From: an uncultured delta proteobacterium
GTDB taxonomy: Bacteria; Myxococcota_A; Polyangia; Polyangiales; Polyangiaceae
Assembly: GCA_963841435.1 (NCBI GenBank)
Contig: CAWJCS010000005.1
Span: 1,696,001-1,760,000 of the forward strand
Direction: 5' to 3'
DNA length: 64,000 bases
Shown: positions 39,744-48,870 of the stretch, piece after piece
Position numbering within the stretch: position 1 is the first letter of the stretch
Layout of the letters: each line of letters opens with the position of its first letter
Position numbers and translations under genes: made by a program
Notes under the pieces: model-generated
Database searches by the model: none
What the model was told of the DNA's origin: nothing
What the model saw: only the letters and a program-made list of their open reading frames with translations

Positions 39744-40148
39744 TTGCTTCGTCGCTATTGGCTGGTCATTTTGGTGGGCGCATCGTGCTCGGTTGCCTGC
39801 AACCTGAACGACGGCCCGGATTTGCCCGCCAATCCACCCCCCGCAACGGGCAGCGGCGCCGGTGGCACGGGCACCGGTGGCAGCGGCGGCTCGGGTGCGT
39901 CGAGCGGTACGGGCGCGGCTACGGGCGGCGGCGCCGGTAGCGGCGGTAGTGGCGGCACGCTGGCGACCGGTGGGTCTGCGGGTAGCGGTCAGTCGGCTGG
40001 CAACGGCGGTGCGAGCGGGAGCGGGACGGCGGGAGGCGCGGGCTCGGGCGGCCTCGGCGGCGAGCTCGGTGAGGGCGGCGCGAACGATGGGGGCGAAGGC
40101 GGCGAGGCCGGTGAGGCCGGGGCCACTTCGGGCACCGGCGGTCGCTGA
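39744..40148 (+). CDS. Short lipoprotein made almost entirely of a Gly-rich linker
   Basis: Lipobox SVAC, then G/S/A/T/E residues to the stop. Confidence 0.5.
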   Translation: MLRRYWLVILVGASCSVACNLNDGPDLPANPPPATGSGAGGTGTGGSGGSGASSGTGAATGGGAGSGGSGGTLATGGSAGSGQSAGNGGASGSGTAGGAGSGGLGGELGEGGANDGGEGGEAGEAGATSGTGGR

Positions 40149-40171
40149 AGCGCGCCTTCGCGCGTCAACTG

Positions 40172-40960
40172 TCAGGCGGGCGACAGGAAGCGGCTCGCCA
40201 CCCAGCCTTCGACGTTGCCGTCCTCCGTGACGACATGAAGGTAGGTGCCGTGGCGCGCGACGGGCGTCACCCGGACACCGTTCGGTAGCGGGCTGCCCGG
40301 CACCGGATCGAACGACACCGCGGGCCCCTTGCGGACGTTGAGCAGCGCGCTCGTCACGAAGACCTCGGGTCCGTCGTCGGCGCGGCCGAACAGCCTGCCG
40401 CGCAGGGTTTCCATCGGGAAAGCCGGCCCCGGGTCGATCTTCCTGCCCGGCGCGATGTCGTCGTGGCCCACGACGTCTTTCAGGCGATAGGCGGCGACGA
40501 GCAGCGACGCGAGCTCTTCTACGGCGCTTAGCTGCGCTTCTTCGTACGCCGCCCAGTGCGTGTACGGCCCGCCGTTCTTGTGCGTGGCGTCGATCACGGG
40601 GCCATGCCACGGGCGCCCGTACACGTCGGTGGGCTGCCCGCTCACGAGCCGGAGCGGTCCGGGGTTCGCAATCTCGATGCCGAGCGAGAACTGATTGCAG
40701 CCGCTGCGCCCCGCCCACTGGCTCTTGCCGGCATGCCACGCCACCCGATCGAACGGGACGAGCTGCGTGAGCGAGCCGTCGATGTCGACGACGACGTGCG
40801 CCGACGCCGCGCGGACCTTCGACCGCAGCGCGGCGATCGCCGGGGCGGCGCTCGCCGTCGCCGTGTAGTGCATCACCAGGTAGTCGGCGCCGAGCGGGCC
40901 ACCCATGTTGGGCGTCGCCTCGAACGGAACGCCCTTTAGTCGATGCTCGACAATCTCCAT
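40172..40960 (-). CDS. N-acetylmuramoyl-L-alanine amidase (Amidase_2) with a C-terminal SH3b domain
   Basis: VMHYTA, ASAHVVV, AWHAG, SLGIE and GHDDIAPGRKIDPG motifs; LNVRKGP..GWVASRFL. Confidence 0.92.
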   Translation of the reverse strand: MEIVEHRLKGVPFEATPNMGGPLGADYLVMHYTATASAAPAIAALRSKVRAASAHVVVDIDGSLTQLVPFDRVAWHAGKSQWAGRSGCNQFSLGIEIANPGPLRLVSGQPTDVYGRPWHGPVIDATHKNGGPYTHWAAYEEAQLSAVEELASLLVAAYRLKDVVGHDDIAPGRKIDPGPAFPMETLRGRLFGRADDGPEVFVTSALLNVRKGPAVSFDPVPGSPLPNGVRVTPVARHGTYLHVVTEDGNVEGWVASRFLSPA

Positions 40961-41121
40961 TTTGGCCTCCACGTCCCCACGCGTCCGGCGAGGGCCCCGT
41001 GCCCCGCGAGCGCGATCGAACCCATCATGCCACGAGACGCGACGACGGTTCCAGGCGGGGCCGCGCGCAGCCGAAGAACCTGGCAGCCATGGGCGGGCGC
41101 CTCGTGTTATTGACCCTCACC

Positions 41122-42120
41122 ATGCGACGCCGAGCCTTCGGCCTCACGCTGTTCAGCCTGGCCGCGCTCGCGTGCTCGAAACGAAGCGAAGGCGGCGCGC
41201 CCGACCGTCCCGCGCGCCTCCGCATCGCCGTGATCCCCAAGGGCACGACGCACGAGTTCTGGAAGAGCGTGCACGCCGGCGCCGTGAAGGCCGCGCGCGA
41301 GCTCGACTGCGACGTGATCTGGAAGGGGCCGCTCAAGGAAGACGACCTCAAGAGCCAGATTGACTTGGTGCAGAGTTTCACGGCGCAAAAGGTGTCGGGC
41401 ATTGCGCTCGCGCCCCTCAACGACAAGGCGCTCATCGCATCGGTGAATCAGGCCGAGCAGGCCGGCTCGCCCGTCGTGATCTTCGATTCGGCGCTCTCGG
41501 GCGGAAAAGTCGTGAGCTTCGTGGCGACCGACAATCGCGCCGCGGGGCGTCTCGCGGGTGATCGGCTTTCGGAGCTGCTCGGGGGCAAGGGCAAGGTCGT
41601 CGTCTTGCGCTATCAGGAGGGCTCGGCGAGCACGCACGAGCGCGAGGAGGGGTTTCTCGAGGCGGTCCGCGCTCACCCCGAGCTCAGCGTCGTGAGCGAC
41701 AATCAATACGGCGGCGCCACGACGGAGTCGGCGTTCTCGGCCGCCGAGAGCCTACTCTTGGCGAAGGACGCGGCGGGCGGGGGCGTCAACGGCCTCTTCG
41801 CTCCCAACGAGTCGACCACCTTCGGCGCACTGCTCGCCCTCGAGAAGACGAACCTCCAGGGCAAGCTTCGCTTCGTCGGCTTCGACGCCTCCGACAAGCT
41901 CGTCAGGGCCGTCGAGGCCGGCGCCATCGACGCGCTCGTCCTACAAAATCCCTTCAAGATGGGCTACCTCGCCGTCAAGGCGCTCGTCGACCACCTGCGT
42001 GGCAAGAAAGTGGAGCCGCGCACCGACACGGGCGCACAGGTCGTCGACAAAAAGAATCTCGCCGACCCGGCTGTGCGAGAGATCGTCAAGCCGGACCTCG
42101 CCAAGTGGTTGGGACCGTAG
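41122..42120 (+). CDS. Sugar ABC transporter substrate-binding lipoprotein
   Basis: Lipobox LAC; IAVIPKGTTHEFW; VATDN; FVGFD; LQNPFKMGY. Confidence 0.92.
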   Translation: MRRRAFGLTLFSLAALACSKRSEGGAPDRPARLRIAVIPKGTTHEFWKSVHAGAVKAARELDCDVIWKGPLKEDDLKSQIDLVQSFTAQKVSGIALAPLNDKALIASVNQAEQAGSPVVIFDSALSGGKVVSFVATDNRAAGRLAGDRLSELLGGKGKVVVLRYQEGSASTHEREEGFLEAVRAHPELSVVSDNQYGGATTESAFSAAESLLLAKDAAGGGVNGLFAPNESTTFGALLALEKTNLQGKLRFVGFDASDKLVRAVEAGAIDALVLQNPFKMGYLAVKALVDHLRGKKVEPRTDTGAQVVDKKNLADPAVREIVKPDLAKWLGP

Positions 42121-43608
42121 TGGGGCGGCTCGCCGTCTCGGGGCTCGCGAAGAGCTTCGGCAAGACGCGCGTGCTCGACGACGTATCCCTCACGCTCGCT
42201 CCGGGGTCCATCCACGCCGTGCTCGGCGAAAACGGCGCGGGCAAGAGCACTCTGATGAAGATCGTCGCCGGGGCGCTCGCGCCCGATGCGGGGACGATGC
42301 TCGTCGACGGCGAGCCGTTCGCGCCGGAAGATCCGCTCGCCGCGCGGCGTCGTGGCGTCGCGATCGTGTACCAGGAGCTCTCGGTTTGCCCGCACCTAAG
42401 CGTGGCGGAGAACATCGCGCTCGGGGCCGAACCGGCGCGTTTCGGCTGGAATCTCGCGGGCGGCGCTCGCCGAGCGGGCGCGGCGAGCGCTCGCGCCCGT
42501 CGTCGGCCGGCATGCGGCGATCCGGCCCGAGGCGGTCGTCGGGGAGCTTTCGACCGGCGAGCAGCAGCTCGTCGAGATCGCTCGCGCGCTCTCGACCGAG
42601 GGGTGCCGCGTGCTCATCGTCGACGAACCGACGAGCAGCCTTGGCGGCGACGACGTCGCGCGGCTGTTCGAGACGCTCGCCGCGCTGCGCGAACGTGGGC
42701 TCGGCATTCTCTACATTTCCCACTTTCTCGACGAAGTGCGGCGCATCGCCGACGCCTTCACGGTGCTCAGCGACGGCCGCGTCGTCGCGAGCGGCGAGGT
42801 CAAAACGAAGAGCAACGACGAGCTCGTCGTAGCCATGGCGGGGCACGGCGTCGAGGCTGTCGAGCGCGGTGCCCGACGCGAGCCCGGCGAGGTCGTGCTT
42901 TCGCTCGACGAGCTCGGCGGCGAGCGGCTCCCCGTTCGCGTGACGCTCGAGCTTCACCGCGGCGAGGTGTTGGGCGTGGCCGGTCTCGTGGGCTCGGGGC
43001 GCACCGAGCTATTGCGAGCCATTTTCGGCCTCGACAAGGTGAAGCGCGGCAAGCTTCGCGTGCTTTTGCTCGACGGGCCCCGTTCGGCGCGGGAGCGACT
43101 CGCGCAGGGCGTCGGCATGGTGAGCGAGGACCGCGCGCGCGAGGGGCTCGCGCTCGACCTCTCCATCGCGCAAAACCTCGTGCTTTCACGGCTCGGAGCG
43201 TTGACGCGCCACGGCTTGCTATCGCTTGCACGCGAGCGCGACGCCGCGCGCCGCGTGATGCGCGAGCTCGACATCAAGGCCGCGGACGGCGCGGTGCGCG
43301 TCGGGGACCTGTCGGGCGGCAACCAGCAGAAGGTCGCGCTCGGTCGCCTCTTGTTCCACGACGTCAACGTGCTCTTGCTCGACGAGCCGACGCGCGGCAT
43401 CAACGTCCGGAGCCGCACCGAGATCCACCGCTTGATAGGTGAGCTTGCCGCGCGGGGCAAGGCCGTGCTCATGGTTTCGAGCCATCTCGAGGAGCTGCTT
43501 TCCGTGTGCGATCGCGTAACGGTGATGCGTCGCGGCGTGCTCGGTGCGGCGCGATCGACTGAGGGGCTCTCGGAGCGGGAGCTGCTCGGCGAGGCCGCGG
43601 GCGCATGA
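42120..43608 (+). pseudogene. Sugar ABC ATP-binding protein, frameshifted by one extra A at about 42450
   Basis: GENGAGKST in the first frame; removing one A (tgg A atc) restores ISRAALAERA..EQQLVEIARAL..VDEPT..LSGGNQQK. Confidence 0.88.
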
Positions 43609-44537
43609 AAGGCCTCGTGGGGCGCGCGTGGCTGGGTCCGCTCGTGGCGCTCTGCCTCGTCTACGGCCTGTTCGCGCTGCTCGCGCCGAGCACGTTCTCG
43701 GGCTCGGTGAACCTCTTCACGATGGCGCGCCAGACGGTCGTGGTGGCCGTGACGGCGCTCGGCATGACGTACGTCATCCTGCTCGGTGGCATCGACCTTT
43801 CGGTGGGCTCCGGCGTGGCCCTCGCGGGTGTCGTCGTCGCGCGGGCGCTTTCGGCCGGGGCGGGACCCGCGAGCGCTGCCGCTGTCGGGGTCTTGGTGAC
43901 GGCGTCGTTCGGCGCGCTCAACGGCGGGCTCGTGGCGCGACTGCGCATCACGCCGTTCATCGTGACGCTCGGCACGATGAGCCTGATGCGCGGTCTCGCG
44001 AAGGGATTGTCGGGCGAACAGAAGATCGACGCCGATCCTCGCGGGCTCGACGCGCTGATGGCGCCGAGCCTCGGGCTCGCGTCGCCGGGCGTCGTTTTGC
44101 TCTTCGTGCTCGCCGTGCTCGGGGCCGTGATCCTCCACTTTACGGTGTTCGGGCGCCACACCGTGGCGATCGGCTCGAACGCCCAGACGGCGCGGCTCTG
44201 CGGTGTGCCCGTGGAACGCATGACGCTGCTCGTTTACGCGCTCGCCGGGTTGCTCACCGGCGTCGCGGGTGTGCTCGAGTTCGCCACGCTCACCGTCGGC
44301 GACCCCACGGATTCGATCGGCCTCGAGCTCGAAGCCATCGCGGCGGTCGTGATCGGCGGCGGCTCGCTCTCGGGCGGTCAGGGCTCGATCGCAGGCGCGA
44401 TGATCGGCGCGCTCTTGATGACGGTGATCAAGACCGGCTGCACGCACGTCGGCGTGCCGAACTGGGTCCAGGAGATCCTCACGGGCGTCATCATCGTGGT
44501 CGCCGTGGGCATCGACCGGGTGCGAAAGCGCCGCTGA
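43605..44537 (+). CDS. Sugar ABC transporter permease
   Basis: GGIDLSVGS; PFIVTLG; LELEAIAAVVIGG. Confidence 0.92.
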   Translation: MKGLVGRAWLGPLVALCLVYGLFALLAPSTFSGSVNLFTMARQTVVVAVTALGMTYVILLGGIDLSVGSGVALAGVVVARALSAGAGPASAAAVGVLVTASFGALNGGLVARLRITPFIVTLGTMSLMRGLAKGLSGEQKIDADPRGLDALMAPSLGLASPGVVLLFVLAVLGAVILHFTVFGRHTVAIGSNAQTARLCGVPVERMTLLVYALAGLLTGVAGVLEFATLTVGDPTDSIGLELEAIAAVVIGGGSLSGGQGSIAGAMIGALLMTVIKTGCTHVGVPNWVQEILTGVIIVVAVGIDRVRKRR

Positions 44538-44597
44538 CCGTGGCGCGGGTGTCGCTTCGATGCCGAACGGCGCGGGTGCGCGGCGGGCCCTCTGGCC

Positions 44598-44870
44598 TCA
44601 GGCGGTGCCGAAACGGCGGGCGGCCTGGGCGCGGCGCTTGTCGGCTTCGATGTCGCGATTGCGCGGCGGGGCATTCGTCACGAGGGCGTCGATGAGCGTC
44701 GTGGCGCTCGCCTTGACCTCGGCAACGGCGCGTTCGAAGGCCGCCTGATTCGCCTTGGAGGGGTGCGTGAAGCCGCTCAGCTTACGGACGAATTGCAACG
44801 AGGCCTCGCGAATCTCTTCCTCGGTCGCCGGCGGCTCGAAGTTGAACAGCGTGCGGATGTTGCGGCACAT
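44598..44870 (-). CDS. DUF2277 family protein
   Basis: MCRNIRTLFNFEPPATEEEIREASLQFVRKLSG. Confidence 0.85.
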   Translation of the reverse strand: MCRNIRTLFNFEPPATEEEIREASLQFVRKLSGFTHPSKANQAAFERAVAEVKASATTLIDALVTNAPPRNRDIEADKRRAQAARRFGTA

Positions 44871-44876
44871 GGTGCG

Positions 44877-45182
44877 TCAGGGTTTGGGCGGGGCGAGACT
44901 TTTGAGCATCGCCATCACGTTCGCGCGCTGCTCGGGGGCGGCTGCGGCGTAGAGCGGGAGGACGTCGAGCAGGTCGGCACGCGCGGCGGCGTCGAGGTTC
45001 GCGTAGCGGGCCGCGAGGTCCACGAATTCCATGCGCTGCTCGGGTGTCATCTCGTCGAACACGCTGAGCAAGCTCTGGTAGATCGATGCTGTCACGTTCT
45101 TCTGCTTCGTCGGCGGTTCCGAATAGAACTGAGGAAACTCATCTCGCGAAGATTTCACGCGCGAAAAAGATCCTGCTTCCAC
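44877..45182 (-). CDS. Small helical hypothetical protein
   Basis: Ends 6 bp before the DUF2277 start; short helical repeats TPEQR/DAAAR/APEQR. Confidence 0.6.
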   Translation of the reverse strand: MEAGSFSRVKSSRDEFPQFYSEPPTKQKNVTASIYQSLLSVFDEMTPEQRMEFVDLAARYANLDAAARADLLDVLPLYAAAAPEQRANVMAMLKSLAPPKP

Positions 45183-45333
45183 GCGCCGAAGTCAAATCGC
45201 GGCGTAGGAGCGGCGGCTGCAATGTAGGTGGAGCACCGACCAAAGTGTGCGAGAACCCTCGACGGTGTCGGCGGAAACGCGCAGCGACACTTCTCCACGT
45301 CACGAAACCCGGATACTCTCGTGAGATCGGGTC

Positions 45334-45963
45334 ATGCGTCCGAGGGTCGTCTCGTTGGCGCTCGTGGTGGCGTTCCCGGTCTCGCTTGCACGAGCCGAGC
45401 CCGCGGCGACGCCCGACTCGGGTGCTCCCGCGGCGCTTCCGAGCGCGCCTGCGTCGCCACCGCCCGCGTCGCCCCCGGCCGGCTCGCCCGGCGCCCCTGG
45501 AGCTGCGCCTGTCGCTCCGCCGGCTGTCGCTCCAGCGCTAGGGCGGCGCCGCGCCGTCGCCCCCCGCCGGCGCCCGCGCCCGCGCCCGTCGCTCCCCCCC
45601 GGGCGCCGGCGTCCGCTACGCCTCCGGCGCCCGCGTCGTCCCCGGCTCCGGCCCCCGTTGCTGCTGCCGCGGGCGTGGGGCCCGCGCCGAACGCCGCCGC
45701 GCCGGCCCCCGGCGCATCGGCCCAGCGCGAAGGCGCGCGCGGCTTCGGTATCGGTGTCGCCTACGCGGAGGTCGCGCCGCGGCCCGCGTCGCGCTCGGCC
45801 GCCGCACGTGGGTGTCGGGCCGAACCTTGGCGTGGGCTTTCGCGTCCGCACGCTGCACGTGGGCGCGACGGGAACTTGGTCGCCGCCACACCTGCACGGC
45901 GAGGCGCGCGAGGGACGCTCGAGCCTTTTCACGGGTGCCTTGAGCGTCGGGCTCGATCACTGA
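45334..45963 (+). pseudogene. Probable decayed exported protein (signal, Pro linker, beta-strand C-terminus)
   Basis: Signal MRPRVVSLALVVAFPVSLARA; the Pro-rich stretch switches frame near 45540; beta-like tail GVGFRV..LSVGLDH. Confidence 0.45.
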
Positions 45964-46061
45964 GCCCGACCAAAAGCCGCCAGACGACGGCACGTCGAGC
46001 GGCCCACCCCTCGGCCTTTTCGAACCTCGAACCTGCGAACGCGGCGCGCTGCTCTGCGCGG

Positions 46062-47579
46062 TCAGGTCGCGCCGAGGATTCGCACGCGAAACCCGAGCTC
46101 TTGGCTGAGCGCGACCATCTCGCCGAACACGTCGCCGTACGCGACCGCCACGTGGTTCGACTGATAGTGCGCCATCAGCGTGTCGCGCCCGACGCCGAGG
46201 TCGGCCGCCATGAAGGGCCACTCACGCGTCGTGCCTTCCCACCACGCATCACGCGTCGCCGGTGGCAGCTTCACGACCTCGCCCTTGCCGACGTCCATGA
46301 AAAGCTCGTCGTGCTGGATGTAGGCGCGTGCCCAGGTGATGCTGCCGGGCAAGCTCTCGCCCGCGAATGACCCGCCTGGCGTGGGGAAATAGAGCGCGGG
46401 CTGGCGGTAGCTGTGCGCGCCCTTCAGCGTGTCGGGATCGTGATTGAAGGCGTACGCGCCACACGAGCCCGAGTTCAGAAGCACCCACAGAAAGCGCCCG
46501 TCGTGCTCGGCGCCCCAGCGCACGTCGTGGAACATCACGGCCTGGTGCAGGCCCTTGTCGGCGAGCAGCCGTTTGAGCATCTCCATCGGGATGACGTTGC
46601 CCTGGTCGGCTTCGGTGGCGGTCGCGAGCGTGTCGCCGTTCGATTCGGGTCGGCACTTCGAGTTGAAGAGCCCTTCGGCGAGATCCGAGGGGGGGCGGAG
46701 CGGAATGAGGCCGAGCTGGTACTGCCAGCCGAGGCAATCGGCGCCGTACTCGCCGACGAGGTCGAGCACGGCGAGGTAGTCGCGGAGCTGCTCGCGCGAG
46801 GCCTTTTCCGTGAAGTCCTGTGCCGTGCCTTCGCCGAAGTGAAAGACGAGACCGCGATCTTTCACGAAGCGGAAGGCGTCGTCGATGCGTGCGTCGGCGA
46901 TGCCGCGACCACGGTCGATGATCCACGCCTGGTCGATCTTGTGCTCGGAAAAGCCGTAGGGCGCGAGCAGCCGCGGGCCGAAGTAGCCGTTGATCATGCC
47001 CATCGACGTGTCGCCCAGCATGAGGATCAGCGGGCGCTTCTCACGGATGCCCTGCGCGACCCTCGCCGCGCGCGCTGCGGCGTCCTCGGAGACGGCGGCG
47101 TGATGGCGGATGCCGTCGGTCGGGTACGTCACCGTTCCGGTGCGGCACCACTCGTCGAGCGCGGCCATGAACTGCGGATCGGACGAGAAGTCCGCGGCCG
47201 TCGTCCAGATGCGCGAGTGCTTGCGGTTCAGGCTCGTGAGGCACGCACCCGTGTTCAAAAGTCCCACGAGGCCAGGCCAGCGACCCGAGAAGTTCGAGGC
47301 GAGCAGGAGCGGGTTGTCCTTGCCGACGACGCCCTCGGTCGTGTGCGGCCCGTACACCCAGTGTGCGAAGACACCCGCGATCGGGTCGTCGATCGGACCG
47401 AGCTTGTCGCGCGCCTCGTGCGGCTTCTCGAGGAAGCCCGGCACGCGCTGCGGCTCGCGCCCTACCTTCTTCAGGGCTTTCTCGAGCTCGACGCTGGCGC
47501 TCTCGACGCTTTCGAGCGCGAGCTCGTTGGGCTTGCGGCGGGCGTCGCCGGGCCAGTAAACGAAAACCTTCTTAGACAT
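46062..47579 (-). CDS. L-fucose isomerase-like sugar isomerase
   Basis: NFSGRWPGLVGLLN, SMGMING, PPSDLAEG, ATEADQG, HDVRWG and QSNHVAVAYG motifs resemble fucose-isomerase-annotated proteins. Confidence 0.72.
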   Translation of the reverse strand: MSKKVFVYWPGDARRKPNELALESVESASVELEKALKKVGREPQRVPGFLEKPHEARDKLGPIDDPIAGVFAHWVYGPHTTEGVVGKDNPLLLASNFSGRWPGLVGLLNTGACLTSLNRKHSRIWTTAADFSSDPQFMAALDEWCRTGTVTYPTDGIRHHAAVSEDAAARAARVAQGIREKRPLILMLGDTSMGMINGYFGPRLLAPYGFSEHKIDQAWIIDRGRGIADARIDDAFRFVKDRGLVFHFGEGTAQDFTEKASREQLRDYLAVLDLVGEYGADCLGWQYQLGLIPLRPPSDLAEGLFNSKCRPESNGDTLATATEADQGNVIPMEMLKRLLADKGLHQAVMFHDVRWGAEHDGRFLWVLLNSGSCGAYAFNHDPDTLKGAHSYRQPALYFPTPGGSFAGESLPGSITWARAYIQHDELFMDVGKGEVVKLPPATRDAWWEGTTREWPFMAADLGVGRDTLMAHYQSNHVAVAYGDVFGEMVALSQELGFRVRILGAT

Positions 47580-47642
47580 CGGGTCCCTCGGTTCGGCTCA
47601 TTCTGAGCCTCCGGGGCCCGCCGGGTAAAGCCCCGTGCGCGG

Positions 47643-48248
47643 TCAGCTGCGATCCGGGCCTTCGCGGAAGATCGCTTCGATCTTCTCGAGCGCTTCGTCG
47701 AACACCTGATGCACTGCGTGCATCGTGTGCGGATTCACGGCGCCGCGACGCGCCACGCGCCGAAACGCCCTCACGAGGCGCGAGAAGCGCTTCGCGAGCT
47801 CCGCGACCTGATCGGCGTGCGTCTCCCACGGCGAGTCTTCGACGCGGTCGTAGAACGCGGCAACGAGGTCGCGGTGCTCGTCGAGATCGCGCCGGCCGGC
47901 TTCGGTGATCGCGTACACCTTGCGGCCATCGCGCTCGGCGCTCGTCGTGTGACCGAGCTCCTCGAGCATCTGCAACGTCGGGTACACGACGCCCGGGCTC
48001 GGGCGGTACGCGCCGCCGCTCTTCTCCTCGATGTGGTGCATCACCTCGTAGCCGTGGCGCGCGGTCTCGGCGAGCGCATCGAGCACGAGGTAACGAACGG
48101 CGCCTCGGTCGGCGCGCGGCGCCGGCTCGCCCGACAGCTCGGACCAGAGCCCGAAACGGCGCGCGCCGTGGTGGTGCCGACCGTGCCAGTGGCCGCGCAT
48201 GAACATTCCGTGGGGACCCCATTCACCTTGATAAAACATCGAATTCAT
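47643..48248 (-). CDS. PadR family regulator (YqjI-like, His-rich N-terminus)
   Basis: RGAVRYLVL..RHGYEVM..PSPGVVYPTLQMLEE..RKVYAITEAG; GHWHGRHHHG. Confidence 0.92.
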   Translation of the reverse strand: MNSMFYQGEWGPHGMFMRGHWHGRHHHGARRFGLWSELSGEPAPRADRGAVRYLVLDALAETARHGYEVMHHIEEKSGGAYRPSPGVVYPTLQMLEELGHTTSAERDGRKVYAITEAGRRDLDEHRDLVAAFYDRVEDSPWETHADQVAELAKRFSRLVRAFRRVARRGAVNPHTMHAVHQVFDEALEKIEAIFREGPDRS

Positions 48249-48297
48249 TCCTGTTTTAAGTATCGACCCGGCCCGGAAACCCTACCGAGCCATCTGG

Positions 48298-48322
48298 CAG
48301 ATACATCATGAAGATATATCTG
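48298..48322. promoter_or_regulatory. Inverted repeat CAGATACATC-N5-GATATATCTG, putative PadR operator
   Basis: 10-bp arms with one mismatch, 50 bp upstream of padR; TTGACG on the minus strand at 48345-48340. Confidence 0.65.
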
Positions 48323-48406
48323 GATCGAGCCGCCGCGGGCGTCAAGTGGGAGGCAGGGCGCCCACGGACGGGCATACAGCCGGCTGTCGCGAGCGGGGTC
48401 AGCGCG

Positions 48407-48814
48407 GTCGCGCGGGCGCAGGGCGGCGTGTCGCGCGGGCGCAGGGCGGCGTGTCGCGCGGGCGCAGGGCGGCGTGTCGCGCGGGCGCAGGGCGGCGTGT
48501 CGCGCGGGCGCAGGGCGGCGTGTCGCGCGGGCGCAGGGCGGCGTGTCGCGCGGGCGCAGGGCGGCGTGTCGCGCGGGCGCAGGGCGGCGTGTCGCGCGGG
48601 CGCAGGGCGGCGTGTCGCGCGGGCGCAGGGCGGCGTGTCGCGCGGGCGCAGGGCGGCGTGTCGCGCGGGCGCAGGGCGGCGTGTCGCGCGGGCGCAGGGC
48701 GGCGTGTCGCGCGGGCGCAGGGCGGCGTGTCGCGCGGGCGCAGGGCGGCGTGTCGCGCGGGCGCAGGGCGGCGTGTCGCGCGGGCGCAGGGCGGCGTGTC
48801 GCGCGGGCGCAGGG
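48407..48814. repeat. Perfect 23-bp tandem repeat (GGGCGGCGTGTCGCGCGGGCGCA), about 17.7 copies
   Basis: 17 identical units at 48421-48811 plus partial flanking copies; no spacers. Confidence 0.97.
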
Positions 48815-48870
48815 GCAGCCGCGTCGCGTGGGAGCGACGTTCGCCCGGCGCTCTGCGGCGGCGGGTGTCG

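Noticed and set aside
40172..40960. Prophage lysis cassette
   Set aside because: No holin, structural, integrase or other phage genes nearby
48407..48814. CRISPR array
   Set aside because: The units are directly adjacent with no unique spacers, and there are no cas genes in the window
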